Positions 24,852 through 37,802 of a DNA stretch of 64,000 bases are shown here, piece by piece; within the stretch, counting starts at the first letter, position 1, and every line of letters begins with the position of its first letter. The DNA is from Scenedesmus sp. PABB004 (Eukaryota): positions 744,001 through 808,000 of the forward strand of contig JABVCE010000005.1 of NCBI GenBank assembly GCA_014905635.1. The letters are read 5' to 3'. A model generated the notes under the pieces. That model did no database searches and was not told the origin of the DNA. It worked only from the letters and a program-made list of their open reading frames with translations. Both the position numbers and the translations under genes were made by a program.

Positions 24852-26791
24852 AGCGGGCGCCGGCAGCGCCGAGCGCGACCCCGACGCCGTCAGCAGCAGG
24901 GCGCCAGGCCGCTTCGACAGCTGGCTGAGCCAGACGCGCTCGTCCCTGCTGCAGAAGGACGCAGCAGGTGGCGCGGCGCGCGGGCGGTCGCAGGCGCCGC
25001 TGGCCGAGCAGCAGCAGCAGCAGGCGCAGCAGCAGCAGGCGCAGCAGCCGCCCTGCGTGGAGCTGCGTGCGCGGCCGCCGGCGTGCAGCCCGCAGCACGC
25101 TGCGGCGGCGGTGCTGGCGGCCGCGGGCAGGCCGTCCACGCTGCTCAGCATGCTGCGGCACTCGCACGACACGGACGCAGACGACGGCAGCGACGGCAGC
25201 AGCAGCGTGTGCAGCAGCCTGGACAGCTTGCTGGCGATGTCGGCGCTGGGGGCCGGCGCCGCCGGCGGCGCCGGCGAGCACAGCAGAGTCGCCGCCGCGC
25301 AGCAGGCACCCCAGCACAGCGCGCAGCAGGGCGAGTCGGCGGCGGTGCTGATGGGCAGCGTCACCGTGGGCGGCCAGGCCAGCAGCCTCGGCAGCTGCGG
25401 CGGTGGCGGCGGCGGCCTCGCGGCGGCAGGCACCACGGACCGGCCCGGCAGCAGCTGCTCTGTGCGCTGGCCGGGGCCGGCGGGGCCGGGCAGCCCCGGC
25501 GGCTCGGACGCGTCCCGCTGCGCCTCGCCAGAGCGCGAGGGGGCGGGCGCCGCGCACGGGCGCGCGTCGCAGTACGCGACGCTGGGCGCGGCCGGCGACC
25601 GGCGCGCGCTGCAGGAGCCGGAGCTGGTGGACAGTCAGAGCTGCCTGCCGCCTGGCAGCAGGCAGGCAGCCGCAGTGGCGCGGCAGGCGGCCGGCGAGCA
25701 CGCTGCCACCGCCCTGCTGGCGGACCGCCGGGTCCAGTCCTGCCCGACGATGCAGCCGCTGATCGGCAGCGGCGGCAGCGCGGGGGACGCCGTGCCGCTG
25801 CAGCAGGGCGCCGCGACGGGCCGTCCGTCGCGGCTGGCCGGCGTGCCGCTGGGCGGCAGCCCCGGCGCGCCAGGCGTGCTGCTGCGCGGCCCGGGCGCCG
25901 GGCGGCTGGCGGTGACGCTGTCGCCCGAGATTCTGCGCCAGGGGCAGCTGGTCAAGCAGAGCTGCCCGCTGCTCGCCTTCCCGCGGTACACCTCGCACTC
26001 TCCCCTCAAGGACAGCTGGCAGGGCGCTGGCGGCGGCGAGGATGGTCTCGCCGCGGCCGCCGCCGCCGACGAGGGCGACCACAGCCCGGACGGCGAGCCG
26101 GCGGCGGCTCAGCCGCCGCCGCCAGGCAGCGTGGCGGGGCGGAGCAGGCTGGCGACGGCGTGCGGCAGGGGCTCGCCCGACCCCCGGTGCGAGCTCTTTC
26201 TCCAGGACGAGCCGCCGGAGCAGCCGGGCGCACGGGAGCAGCAGGACCAGCCGGCAGCGCCCGCCGCACAGCCACCGCCGCCGGCGCCTGCAGCGGCTCC
26301 GCAGCGGGCCAGCCCCGCTGCCAACGCCGTCCTGCAGGCGCTGCTCTTCAGCGGCAGCTGCGACCTGAGCGCCCTGGACGAGCGCCAGGGCGTGCAGGAC
26401 TCTGCGGCGTCGGCGAGCCCAGCGGCCGCGGTCTCAGGCAAGGCGGCGCCAGCGTCGCCCGGCGGCGGGCGAGCAGCGCCAGCGCCCAGCGCGCAGCCCC
26501 AGCCGGCCGACTGCCAGCGCCCTGGCGCGCAGCTGATGCGCGTGGAGCAGCTGCAGCTGGTCGGCGCGCAGCGCCCTGACCTGCCGCAGCACGTGCAGGA
26601 CCTGCAGCCCCTGGCGAGCGGGTCGCTCGGGCTGGCGCGGCAGGACGAGCCTCGCCGTGCCGCCCGCAGCGTGCAGGCGCAGCGCGCCAGCGGGGTGGGC
26701 GCCCAGCCGAGTGGCGTCAGGAGCGCGCCGGCCTCGCCGCGGCGCGCATCTGGCGGCGGCAGGGCGGGCCTCAGCCTGCGGCCCGCGTCGA

Positions 26792-26833
<42 letters not shown>

Positions 26834-29800
26834 CGCGGCGGCCGCCGTCGGCGGGCGCTGGCCGCGCACCTGCCGCGGCGGGCCTTGCTGCAGCAGTCGG
26901 TCAGCGCGCACAGCACGTGGCGGGCAGTGCCCGCCTCGCGCGCGTGGCGTTGCTGCCCGTGCGCACCAGCCACGTGAGGCTGGAGCTCGCGGCGCTGCGC
27001 AGCGGCGCCCGCGCCGTCGCCGGCGCGCCGCGCGGCGGCACCTGCGACGCGGCCCGCTCGAGCGCGCCGGCGGGCGGCGGGCCCGGCGGCAGGCCGGCGG
27101 CCAAGTACGAGCAGCTGCTGCGAGCGCAGTACGGTCGGCCGCTCAGCGGCGACGGCGCGCGGCGGAGCACCGATGGTGCTGATGTCGCCGCGGCCAAGGG
27201 CGCCGAGCTGTGCATCGTGAGCTCGCTGCGGCTGGCCGACCTGGTGTGCGGCGACGGGGGCGCCGCGCCGACTGCGGCCCACGCGCGCCGCGCCAGCTGG
27301 AGCTGCAGCGGCAGCGGCGGCGGCGGCGGCGGCGCGGCGGCGGCGCAGCCATGGGACGGCGCCAGCGCGGCGCGGCGGTCTGCGGCGCTGCCGCTGGGCG
27401 AGCCCGCCCAGCAGCTACAACAGGCCGTTGAGGCGGTGCAGGCGCTGGTGCGGCAGAGCACCAGTCGCATGGAGCAGATGGGGAGCGCTCAGCACGCCAC
27501 GACTGCGCAGCAGCAGCAGCAGCAGCCGAAGCCAGCGCCTGCGTCGCCGCCCGCGCAGATGAGCGCGTTCCTGCCCAAGCTGGTGCAGCAGGAGCTGCTC
27601 ACGCCGCACTCGGCCGAGCAGTCGCAGCGGCGCAGCACCGGCGGCAGCGGCGTGCGCGGCAGGCGTCGCGATCCCGCGGCGCTCACGCCGCCGGGGCTGG
27701 GCATGGCGTCGCCCAAGTCGAGCGCCAAGCAGCAGCGCCGCACGGACCAGCAGGCCCTGGAGCAGCCGCAGCCGCTGGGCCAGGGGTGCGAGCAGGCGCC
27801 GGGCGGGGGCGCAGCAGGCCCCTCCCCGCGCGAGCTCGGGCGGCCCGCCGGCGCTGGCCGCAGCCCGAGCACGAGCTTGAGCAGCGGCGGGCCCTGGCTG
27901 CAGGGCACAGCACCGGTGGCACTGGCGACCACGCAGACCTACGTCAATGCGCTGGCGCAGTCGAGCAGCGCCGCAGACGCCCCAGCAGCTGCCGCGGCGG
28001 CGGAGCTCGACACCGCCCGCTCGGCGCCCGGAGGGCGGCTGGCGCTCTCCGCCGGCGCGCCGCCGCCGCCGCCAGCCGCCGCGCATGGCGCCGGAAGCGC
28101 GTGCAGCCCCGCCGGCAGGCAGGCGCGCTGGCCGCAGGCGCGGCCCTGCCCGCTCGTGGCCAGCCCCGCGCCGTGCGGCGGCGGCGAGGCGGCCACGGGC
28201 GCGGCGGTGGCGGCGCGCTACCGGCTGAGGGGCGTGGGCGCTGCCGGCGACGAGGGCGCCGACAGCGGCGCCGCCGGCACGCTCGTGGTCAGCATCATCA
28301 AGCACGGCCGCGGCGGCGAGGGAGGGGGGCCCGTGGCGGTCGAGCAGCAGTACGCGCTGGAGGCGTGCTGGCTGGCCGACGTGGTGCAGCTGGACGCCGC
28401 GCCGGGCGCCGACAGCGCCTGCAGCGCCAGCACCACCGCGACCTCCAGGTCGCCCCGCGGCGCCGGCGGCGCGCTCGACTCGACCGCGGCGCAGGCGCGG
28501 GACGCGAGCCCCTGCGCCAGCAGCGGCGGCAGCCTGGCGGCCGTGCCAGCGCAGCCGGCCGCCGTGGAGGACGGCGCGGCGGACGGCGGGGAGGCCGGCG
28601 ACCGCGCGGCGGCGACGGGCCAGCAGCCCGGCGCGGCGGCGCTCGGCTCCAGCAGTGGCAGCAACGCCAGCCCCGGCAGCGCCGGCAGCGGCTGCGGCGG
28701 AGACCGGCAGCAGCCGGGCTGGTCGCGCCTGCCGCACCTGCTGCGGGCGGTGCAGCAGGGCAAGAGCCGGCTGGGGCTGCAGCAGCTTGCAGCGGCCGGC
28801 GCGGCGGCGGCGGCGGCGGCGGCTGCCAAGGCGGGTCTGGGCAGCAGCGGGTCGCTGTGCCCTGCGCTGGGCAGCGAGCGGGCCAGCTCGCCGCGCGAGC
28901 TCGTCGCTGCGGTGGTCGCCGCCGCTGGCTCACCCGGCGCCCCCGTGTCGTCGACCGGCAGCGCGCCAGGGGGCGAAGACCTGCGCGCGCCCGGCGGCGT
29001 GGCCGGCGGCGACAGCGAGGCCAGCTCGGCGCAGTCGCACTGCACTGCCAGCAGTCAGCGCGGCACCGTGTGGCCGCACGCGGCGCCCGCGCGCCACCAG
29101 CGCGCGCCAGGGCGTCGCGACGGCGCCAGCGGCGCTGACCGGGCCAGCAGCAGCAGCGGCAGCAGCAGTGTCAGCGACGCGGGGCTGCAGCCAGGGCACC
29201 TTCGGAGCTCTGCTGGCTCGCTTGAAGAGGGCGCTGCCTTGCAGCCACGCGGGCCGCCCGGCGGTGCCGGGGCGGCGGCGGCGGCGGGCCTGGGCGGTCA
29301 GCTGGCTCGCAGCTTCTACGCGCGGCGCGGCTCGGCTTCCAGCTCAGCCGGCGGGCGCTCCGCGTCTGGCGAGTCGTCCGGGCCGCACTCGCTGTGGGAT
29401 GAGACGGACCCGCTGACCGCGAGCAGCCCCATCGCCGCCGCCGCCGGCGGCGCCAGCGGGGTGGCGCCGCAGCACGGCGCGCCTCCACCCCACCGCGTGC
29501 GGGAGGGCGCGGGCGTGCGCGGCTCGCGCGCGGCGGCGGACGGCCTCACCGCGGCGGCGCGCGGCGGACCGTGCGCGGCGCGGCAGAGCGGCGAGGCGCA
29601 GCAGCGCGGCGCGGGCAGCGCGGCGACGCCGGAGTGCGGCGCGTCCAGCGCCAGCTCTGCTGCCGGCCCGCCGCAGCAGCGCGTGCGCGGCACGGCGGCG
29701 GCGGCCAGGGCGTCGGCGGCGGCGGCCAGGGCGTCGTCGGCGGCGGCAGGCGGCGCGCGGCCGCCGGGCAGCCCCCTGGCGGCGCCGGCCTCGCCGGGCC

Positions 29801-32800
29801 GGGCGTCCACGTCACTCTCCTTTGCTGGCATGACGCAGCGCTCGTCCGCGAGCACGCCGCCTGCCAGCGCCTCGGCGCTCGCGCCGGCAGCGGGCAGCGC
29901 GGGCAGCAGCTGCGGCTCGGCCGCTGCCGGCGGCGGCGCCGCTCTCGGAGCGGGCGCGTCGCTCGACGACGTCGGCTTGGGCAGCCCGCAGCACGGCGGC
30001 AGCAAGGACCAGTCGCCGACCAAGCCAGCCGCGCGCGAGCGCGCATCCGCCAAGCCCGCGCAGCAGCGCCCCAAGCCTGAGGCAGGGGCCGCGGCCGGCG
30101 GCGCGGCGCCGGCGCGGCCAGACGCCGACGCGGGCAGCGCGGCCAGCTCGCAGGAGAGCTACGCTGGCAGCGGCCTGGGCGTGCGCCGGGTGGCGCGCCC
30201 GCCGGTGGCCGGCGTGGCGGGGCAGGCGCCGCACGCGCACCAGGCCCCGCCAAACGACGGCCGCGGCGCTGACGCCGGCCACGGCTGGGACGGCCGCCTC
30301 CACCGCGGCACAGCGGCTGCGGCGCGCGCGGCCGCGCAGCCGCAGCCAGCCGGGGCGCAGGAGCAGCAGGCAGCGCGCGAGGCGCCGCCGGGCTCGCCGC
30401 CGTCGAAGCTGCACGCGGCGCTGCCGGGCAGCCCGCAGCTGGCGCGAGCGCGGCGCAGCCCCGGCGTCAACTTCAGCCCCCTGCACGCCGCGCGGTCGGC
30501 GGGCTCGCACGGCTCCTGGCATGCCGGCGGCGCGCACGGCGACGCGGCGCCGGCGGCCGCCGAGGGCGCAGACGCCGCGGGCAGCGCCGCCAGGCACGGC
30601 GGCGCTGGCGGCAGCGCCTTCAGCGCCTTTTCGCCGCTGCACTCCAGCCTGGCGAGCGGCCCCGGCTCCGCGTCGGGCGGCCGGCGCGGCAGCAAGACGC
30701 AGCCGCGCACGCGCGCGGCCGGCGCGGGCGGCCCTGAGGGCGACGGTGTGGCGGGCGTGCGCAAGAACCTGATGGATGAGCTCGGCAACGCGGCAGCCGG
30801 CGCCGCCGGGGGCGCTGGCGCCGCCGCGCACGCGGAGGCGCCCGACACCCACGAGGTGCGCGACGCGAGCGGCCTGCGCGGCGCCAGCCCAGTCGCCGCC
30901 GCCGTGGGCAGTGCCGCGGCGCCGGCGACGGCCCCCGGGCCGGGCCTTGGCGCGGGTGGTGCCGCTGGCCTGCTGCACGCGGGCCTGCTGCGCCACGGCT
31001 CTGCGGGCTCGCTGCTGGACGCGGTGGCGCCGCCAGCCGGCCCTGCGCCCGGAGCCGAGGCGGACGCGCGCGGCAACGGCAGCCCGGCCGGCGGCTGCAG
31101 CGCGAGCCGCTGCAGCAGCGGCGCGAGCGGCCACGGGTCGGGCCGCTGCGCCGGCTGGCCGGCGTCTGCCGCGCAGCTAGGCCCAGCTGCAGAGGCGTCA
31201 GTGCTGTCGGCTGGCAGCGCCGACAGCCTCCTCGCGGCGGGCGCGTCTGGCCGGGGCGGCTGGCGCGGCACCGACAGCGTCCAGCTGATGCGTCAGAGCA
31301 GCGCAGCGGCCGCCGCGGCGCGCGCGGCCGCGGCCACGCCCGCGCCCATCCCCGGCCGCGCGTCGCCCTCGGCGGCGGAGGGCGGCGGCGAGGAGCGGCG
31401 GCCCGGCCAGCAGTCGCCCGGGGCGCTCAGGCGGGCGCAGCCGCCGTGGCAGGCCTCGATGGCGGCGAGTTTTGCGGTGGTCTCCCTCGACGGGGCGGTC
31501 GCGGCGGCAGCTGTCCCGCAGGTGGCGGGAGCGGCTGGCGGTGGCAAGCAGGCGGCGCGCGGCGCGGCGTCGCCCCGGGCGCCCCCTGCTGCAGGGCCGC
31601 TGTCGTCGGGTCTGCTGCGGCGCCAGAGCAGCGGCGGCCTGTCGCGGCTGCTGGGCGCGCCTGGCAGCCCGGCACAGGCGGGCGCGCCGGCCTCGCCGGC
31701 CTCGCCGGCGCAGCCGCCCGACGCCAGCGGCCCTGGGTCGGCGGCCGTGGGCAGGCGCGGCCTGCTGAGCCCGCGGGCGGAGGCGGCGGCCGGCTGCGGC
31801 CGCGCGCCCGACGGCTCGCCCGCCGGCGCGGGGCAGGTGCAGGTGCCGGCAGAGCGGCTCGGCTCTCCCTACCTGCAGCACCTGGAGGAGCAGCAGGCAG
31901 CGGCGGCGCAGCGCGCGGCGGCGGTGTCGCCGCTCTCGAGCCACCGCCCGCAGCTGCAGGCCAGGGCGGGTCAGCAGCAGCTGGGCCTGCTCTCGCCGCG
32001 CAGCCCCGGCCCGCCGGAGCTGCCCGGCGCGTGGGGCCCGCCCTGCTCGCCGCCGCCGGGCAGCCTGCTGCGGGCAGGCTCGCGCCAGGGCTGCTCGCCG
32101 TGCACGCCGGCCGCCGGCAGCGCGGCGGGTGAGCAGCTCGTCGGCGGGCGCGGCTCCGCGGGCGCGCGCCGCGCCGCGTCCCCCGCCGCGCCGGCGCCGC
32201 TCGCCGGCGGCGCCAGCAGCGGCGCGCTCGGCGGCGCGCCGCCCGGCGGCAGTGGCGGCGCGGCGCGCATGGGGCGGCTGCGCCACCGGCGCGCGCGGAG
32301 CGACATGCCCGAATATTGCCCCCTCTCGCCGCTGGAGAGCCCGCTGCACGCCGCGATGCCCGAGGGCGCCCGCGACGGCGGCGGCGAGCCGCCGCCCGCG
32401 GCGTGCGCGTCGGAGCCGCGGCTCGGCCTCGCCGGCGGCGCCTGCGGCGGCGGCGCGCCCGCGGCGGAGCCGTGCGCGGCGGGCCCGCTCGGCAGCCCGC
32501 TGCGGCACGGCCTGACCTCGCCCGCCGCGCTGTACCGGCTCCAGCAGCAGGCGTCGCACCCGCGCCTGCCCGATGCGCTGGCGCCGGAGCCGCCGGCAGC
32601 CGCGGGCGCCGCGCCCGAGCGTGGCGGCGCCGCCGCCGACGCGCCGCGCCCGCGCCAGCTCGGCGCCGCGCAGGCGGCGGCAGCGGCGCTGGCTGGCTAC
32701 GAGGGCAGCATGAGCCCGCGGCGGCTGGCAAAGATCCAGGAGTATGCTGCCCGCCTGGCGGCGCTCGACTCAAGCCCAGCCAGCGACCAGGCCGGCGCCG

Positions 32801-34748
32801 GCGCGCTCGCCGGCCAGGCCGGCGGCGGCGGCGAGCCCGACCCCGACGGGGTGGACAGCTTCACGCTCAACAACCAGCAGAGCCTGGCCGCGGAGCTGGA
32901 GGCGCACGGGCGCCAGCTGCAGGCGGCGGCGCCCGACCCGCGGGCGGCGCCCAGCCCGCTCGGGCGTGGCGCGGCGGGGCAGCAGGAGCAGCAGCGCCAG
33001 CAGCTGGAGGCGGACGCGGGCGCGCCGCCCCTTGACGACGACCCGGCCGCGGGGCTGGAGCATGAGCCCCCGCTCCCACCGCTCCACCAGGAGGCCAGCG
33101 GCGCGAGCCTGGCGGGCCTGGCGCCGCGCCGCGGCTCCGCGGCGTCGTCGCTGCGCGCCAGCATCGAGCCGCTGCTGGCCGCCAAGCTCCGCGCCGGCGG
33201 CGGCCGCCCGCGCTCGGCGGGGGCGGGCGCCGCCGGCGGCTGCGAGCAGGCGGTCGCGCAGCTGCTGCAGGGCGGGGCTGGGGCCGCAGGAGCCTCGGCT
33301 GCGACCAGGCCGGGCGGCGCGCCACGGGCGCTCGCCGCCGCCGCTGGCAGCGTAGCGAGCAGCCTCGGGAGCGCCTGCAGCAGCTCACTGCTGGCGTCGG
33401 TGGTGGAGCTGCTGGAGTCCGTCGACCTCCACGAGGCCCGGCCCCAGCAGCAGCGCAGCCGGAACGCCGCGCAGCACAGCGGCAGCTCCCGGGGCCGCAG
33501 CGCCCAGCTCGCCCGCTCGCTGGACAGCCGGCAGGAGGCGGTCCTGCAGTCCCACGGCGCGCTGCTGGGCCCGGGGCCGGCGACTGCGACGGCCTCTGGC
33601 GACGGCGTCGCCGCCGCGGCCCCCGGCGTGCACGCGCTCATGGCGCGCGGCGGCCCCGCCGGCCACGCGATGGCTGCGGGCGTCTTCCGCCGCTCCGCGC
33701 ACCTGCTGGCGGGCCTTGCGCAGGGGCTGTGGCCGGACGCGGGCTCGGTCGACTCCACCGCGGGCTCGCGCGCCGTGGGCGGCAGCCGCGCCAGCCGCGG
33801 CGCGCCGCTGCGCGCCTCCACGGGCAGCCTGCTGGGGCCCGAGGCTGAGCTGGCGGGCGAGCTGGCGGCCTCGATGGAGCACCTGGTCGCGTCGCTGGAC
33901 ATCTCACGGCCGCAAGTGGGCGCGGGAGGGGAGGGCCCAGGCGCCGGCCGCGCGCGCCGGTCTCCGCGCGGGCGGCCGTGCAGGCGCGGTCGCGCGCCCC
34001 ACGCCGCCGCCGCCCTGCGCGCCGCCCCTCGCAGGCGCTGCAGCTCACGCAGGAGCTGCTGCTCAGCCAGCTGCTGGCCGCGAGGGAGGGGGCGGGGCAG
34101 CAGCAGCCGCGCGCCGCGAGCAGCGCCGGCGGCGGTGCGCCGGGCCCGCGGCCGCGCGACGGCAGCTCGCACTCGGCGCTGAGCAGAGGCGAGCAGCCCG
34201 GGCCGCTGCGGCTGGCCGCGGCGCCACAGCCGCAGCTTGGACCGCTGCTGGCGGGGCGGCTCGCTGCGCTCGCGGCCATGCGGCGCTGGCGGCGCAGCAG
34301 TGTGGGCGAGTCGCCGGATGTTTGCGACACCGCCAGGGCGCTGGCGAGCAGCGGCCAGGCGCTGGGCCCCTCGCTGCTCGCGAGTGTGGGCGGCGGCAGC
34401 TCGGCTGCGCGCGAGTCGCGCGGATCCGGCGTCGCTGCGCCAGCCGGGAGGCTGCAGCTGGGCGCGCAGGCGGAGCCAAACGTGGCGCGGGGCCTGCTCG
34501 GGCAGCAGCTTGACAGCCGGCAGCGGCAGGCGCAGCGGCCGCTGGGTGCGTCTGGTTCCTGCAGCGCGGGCGGCAGCGAGAGCGGCAGCCAGGGCTCGCG
34601 CTCGTCGCGGGCAGTGCTGCTGCCCGGCTCTGGCGACGCCTCGCGGCTGACCTTGCAGGCGTCCTCAGGCGTGCTGGCGGCGCTGCTCCACAGCGAGGCC
34701 AGCGAGGCGACGGGCGGGAGCGGCGGCTGCGGCGGCAGCAGGCGCTGA
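23930..34748 (+). CDS. Very large (~3,500 aa) mostly disordered A/G/S/P-rich protein with a small N-terminal beta-rich domain
   Basis: Exons 23930-24229, 24350-24572, 24650-33915 and 34035-34748 join in frame via GT-AG introns. One frame stays open for 9.3 kb with coding-like codons and poly-Q tracts. Confidence 0.65.
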
Positions 34749-35706
34749 GGCGGCCGCAGGCTGCGTTGGGTGCAAAGGGGGAGGGGCTGGGCTGTGTGCT
34801 TGCAGGATTTGCCGCTGCGTGGCTGGATGTTGAGTGTGTTACACTCGCCCACGGACACGTCGTGGCATGACGCGCACGGTTGCGCTGCTGGGGCGCCTCA
34901 GACACAGCCTGCCTGGCTCCTAGTCTCCATGATCACTTCGCTGCTTCTCCTCGTTGTTCGGCCTGCCACAAACTGCCCGATCGACGCAAAGCCGCTCTAC
35001 GAGCACTGCTAGCAGCCTAACATCCGCACCTGGAGCCGCAGCGACCGCCAGCAGCGCCCCGCGGCGTGGTCAGGGGTGCCGGCGGCGATGCGCCGCCGAC
35101 ACCTGCACGCCCTCGCGCGCCCCCCGTTCCACGTGCCCAGGAACGGGGAGCGCGCCGCACACCATGAGACTGCAAAACTCTGCCAGCGCCGCCACGTCCT
35201 GTCACACAAGGCCCCTGTGGCGCGCCGCTACGTCTGAGTTTTCAGGCGCGCCGCCGAAGCTGGCCCCGACACCATGATGCATGTGGTTAGTCTAGCGCCG
35301 CAGAGTCAACGCACCGTCTGTGGCGCGGCACACACAAACTCTTCATCGCCGCCAACAATCCAGCGGCACACTGCACGCAGCTGCGGTCGCAATGTGGGGA
35401 CGGGAGGCGCGCGAGCCGCGGCGGCTGGGGCCCGCGCTACAAATCCTGCTGCGGCACGACGAGTTCCGGCCCGCAGGGCGGATGCGCTCGCGCCTCCTGT
35501 CTGCCTGCCTGACTGTGAAGCTCAGCCTGCCTGGTCGCGTGCTGCTCGGCTGCCTGCCTCCTTGTTGGGTCTCCCTCAATGTGCCCGCGGGCAGGCGCCG
35601 CACCATGTGCATGCGCATCAGGCGACCGCGCCGCGTCTCCCTGCTGTCAGTAGTCCAAGCTGCTGCTGCCGCCGCGCTGTCGCTGTCGCTGCCGCACGCG
35701 GCCGCC

Positions 35707-37269
35707 TCAGCACGCTGCATCTGGCGGGCCGCCTGGCTGGTCGGCCGCGCCCCGCGGCCGCGCGACGCCCGGGGGCCGCTGCAGCGCCTGCACCAGCGGC
35801 GCCAGGCCCGCCAGCAGCTGCTGCGCCCAGGCCGTGTTCGGGCTGTCGCTGGTCGCCGCCGCCGCCGCTGCCGGTGCCGGTCGGCCGCCCTGGAGCTGGC
35901 GCACCAAGTGCTGCATGTCCGCTCGGCCTGCAGCCTGGGGCGGCGCGGGGAAGCCGGGCTGCTGCACCGCCGCCGCCAGCAGCTGCGGCACCAGCAGCGC
36001 CGGCAGCGACGCCTCCGCAGCCGCGGGGCTGCCGCTGACTGTCAGCGGTGCCGCCGCCGCCGACTGCACCAGCAGCCGCTCCACCTGCCAGGGCTGCAGG
36101 CTGACGCGCAGTGGCAGCGGCGCGGCGGCTGCTGACGCCGCCGCGGCTGCCACCGCGGCAGCCGCTGCAACCGCCATGCCCGCGGCCGCGGCGCTGGCCG
36201 TGCGGCCAGGGTCCTCGGGCGACGACGACGACGAGCCGCCCGCCAGCACCACCGGCGACAGCGCCTCCACCGCCGCCGGCTGCGCCCCCGCCGCGCCGCC
36301 CGGCGCTCCGGCGACGGGCGGCGCCTGCGCCAGGTGCGGAGGCTGCGGCGCCAGCAGCTCGGCGCCGCCGCCCGCGCTGAGCGGCGGCGGCTCCGCGCGG
36401 CCGGGCGGCGAGCCGCCGGCGCTGCCGGCGAGCCGCGCCTGGCGCCGCAGCGCCGCCGCCGAGCCGGCCGAAAGCGGGGCGCCCGCGACCGCGTGCGCGA
36501 CCAGCTCCGCCAGCAGCACCAGGTCCTCCAGCTCCTGCACCGCGCGCCCCACCTCGGCGCCCGCGGCGGCGAGGCCCTCGGCGCGGCGCTGCGCCTCGAG
36601 CGCGGCGAGCTTCTGGCGCCGCTTCGAGCGGTCGGCCGACTCGCGGTTGGCGAGGATGCGGCGCGCGCGCTTCTCGGGTATGCTCGGGTCCGTGCGCGGG
36701 TCGGGCGCCTTGGGCCGCCCCGCCCGGCGCTTGGCCAGGCTCGCCGCGTCGGGCGCGGTGCCCGCGGGCAGCGGCGGCGCGTCGCGCGGCGGCTGCGCCG
36801 CGCCGATCATGCCCCACACGTGCAGCGCCGCCGGGTCGGGCAGCGCCGGCGGCCACGCGCCCGGCGCGCCCGCCAGCGCGGCGGCCGCGGCCGCGGCCGC
36901 GCCGGCCGGGTCTGGCGGCGCAGGCAGCTGCTGCGGCAGCGCTACGCCGGCCGGCGCGTCGGCCTGCGGCCCGACCGTCGCGTTGGGCAGCGCGGCGGGC
37001 GTGGCGGGTGGCTGCACCGCGAGGTGCGCCGGGCCGCCGCCCGGGCCGCCGCCCTTGCTGGCGGCGCCGCCGGGTGCATCGGAGGCGCTGGGCTTGCCGG
37101 ACGGCGCCGGCTGGCGGCCGCCCTCGCGCTCGCCCTGCCCCGGCCCACCGCCCGCCGCGGCGGCGGGCTGGCCCCGGTGCCGCTCGCCGCTGCCGTGGCT
37201 GGTCAGGCTGCTCGGCGCGTCCGAGGGCTGCGCATCCAGCGGGCAGTCGCTCAGGTCGTCCTTTTGCAT
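35707..37269 (-). CDS. bZIP transcription factor (apparently single exon)
   Basis: Basic region EKRARRILANRESADRSKRRQK followed by a zipper-like segment; start MQKDDLSDCP. The 3' end is uncertain. Confidence 0.75.
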   Translation of the reverse strand: MQKDDLSDCPLDAQPSDAPSSLTSHGSGERHRGQPAAAAGGGPGQGEREGGRQPAPSGKPSASDAPGGAASKGGGPGGGPAHLAVQPPATPAALPNATVGPQADAPAGVALPQQLPAPPDPAGAAAAAAAALAGAPGAWPPALPDPAALHVWGMIGAAQPPRDAPPLPAGTAPDAASLAKRRAGRPKAPDPRTDPSIPEKRARRILANRESADRSKRRQKLAALEAQRRAEGLAAAGAEVGRAVQELEDLVLLAELVAHAVAGAPLSAGSAAALRRQARLAGSAGGSPPGRAEPPPLSAGGGAELLAPQPPHLAQAPPVAGAPGGAAGAQPAAVEALSPVVLAGGSSSSSPEDPGRTASAAAAGMAVAAAAAVAAAAASAAAAPLPLRVSLQPWQVERLLVQSAAAAPLTVSGSPAAAEASLPALLVPQLLAAAVQQPGFPAPPQAAGRADMQHLVRQLQGGRPAPAAAAAATSDSPNTAWAQQLLAGLAPLVQALQRPPGVARPRGAADQPGGPPDAAC

Positions 37270-37802
37270 CGCCCAAGGGGCGGTCGGGCCATTCCTCGGG
37301 ACGGCGGGCCTGCGGGAGCAGATGCGCGAACGTTGGCCGCGCCCGTGGCGGGCAGCGGGCGCCCGACGCCCGGCGCGCGTGACCGCGACGTGCTTTTGGC
37401 TTAATGCGCCGCGCTTGGAGCGAGCTGGCAGGGGCGGACGCCGCGAGACGGGGCGCGGCTGCGGCCGCGCGCTCACCTCGCGAGCGTGCCCCGCGAATGC
37501 GCACCCGCAGGCCTGGCCGGCGCGGATCAGGGACTCTAACACTGCTGGGAGACTCCCCCGCGCGCGACAGGCCACGGAGCGTCGGCAACAAAAAAAACAA
37601 CACACACAGGGTTGGCGCGACGCTACGCCGGGCCAGGGCGGGCTGCAGCTCGCTTTTTGCAGCCCAGAGCTCCCCGTTCGCCCGCCGCGCGCGTCTCAGC
37701 GCAGCAGTAGGGCGCCCCGCCGCGCCGCGCCGCCGCCGGCGGTGCCTCTCAGCGCAGCAGCAGGGCGCCCCGCCGCGCCGCGCCGCCGCCGGCGGTGGCC
37801 CC

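Noticed and set aside
35343..35780. Frameshift extending the bZIP into ORF 35343-35720
   Set aside because: No homology supports either frame, so it cannot be decided from the sequence.
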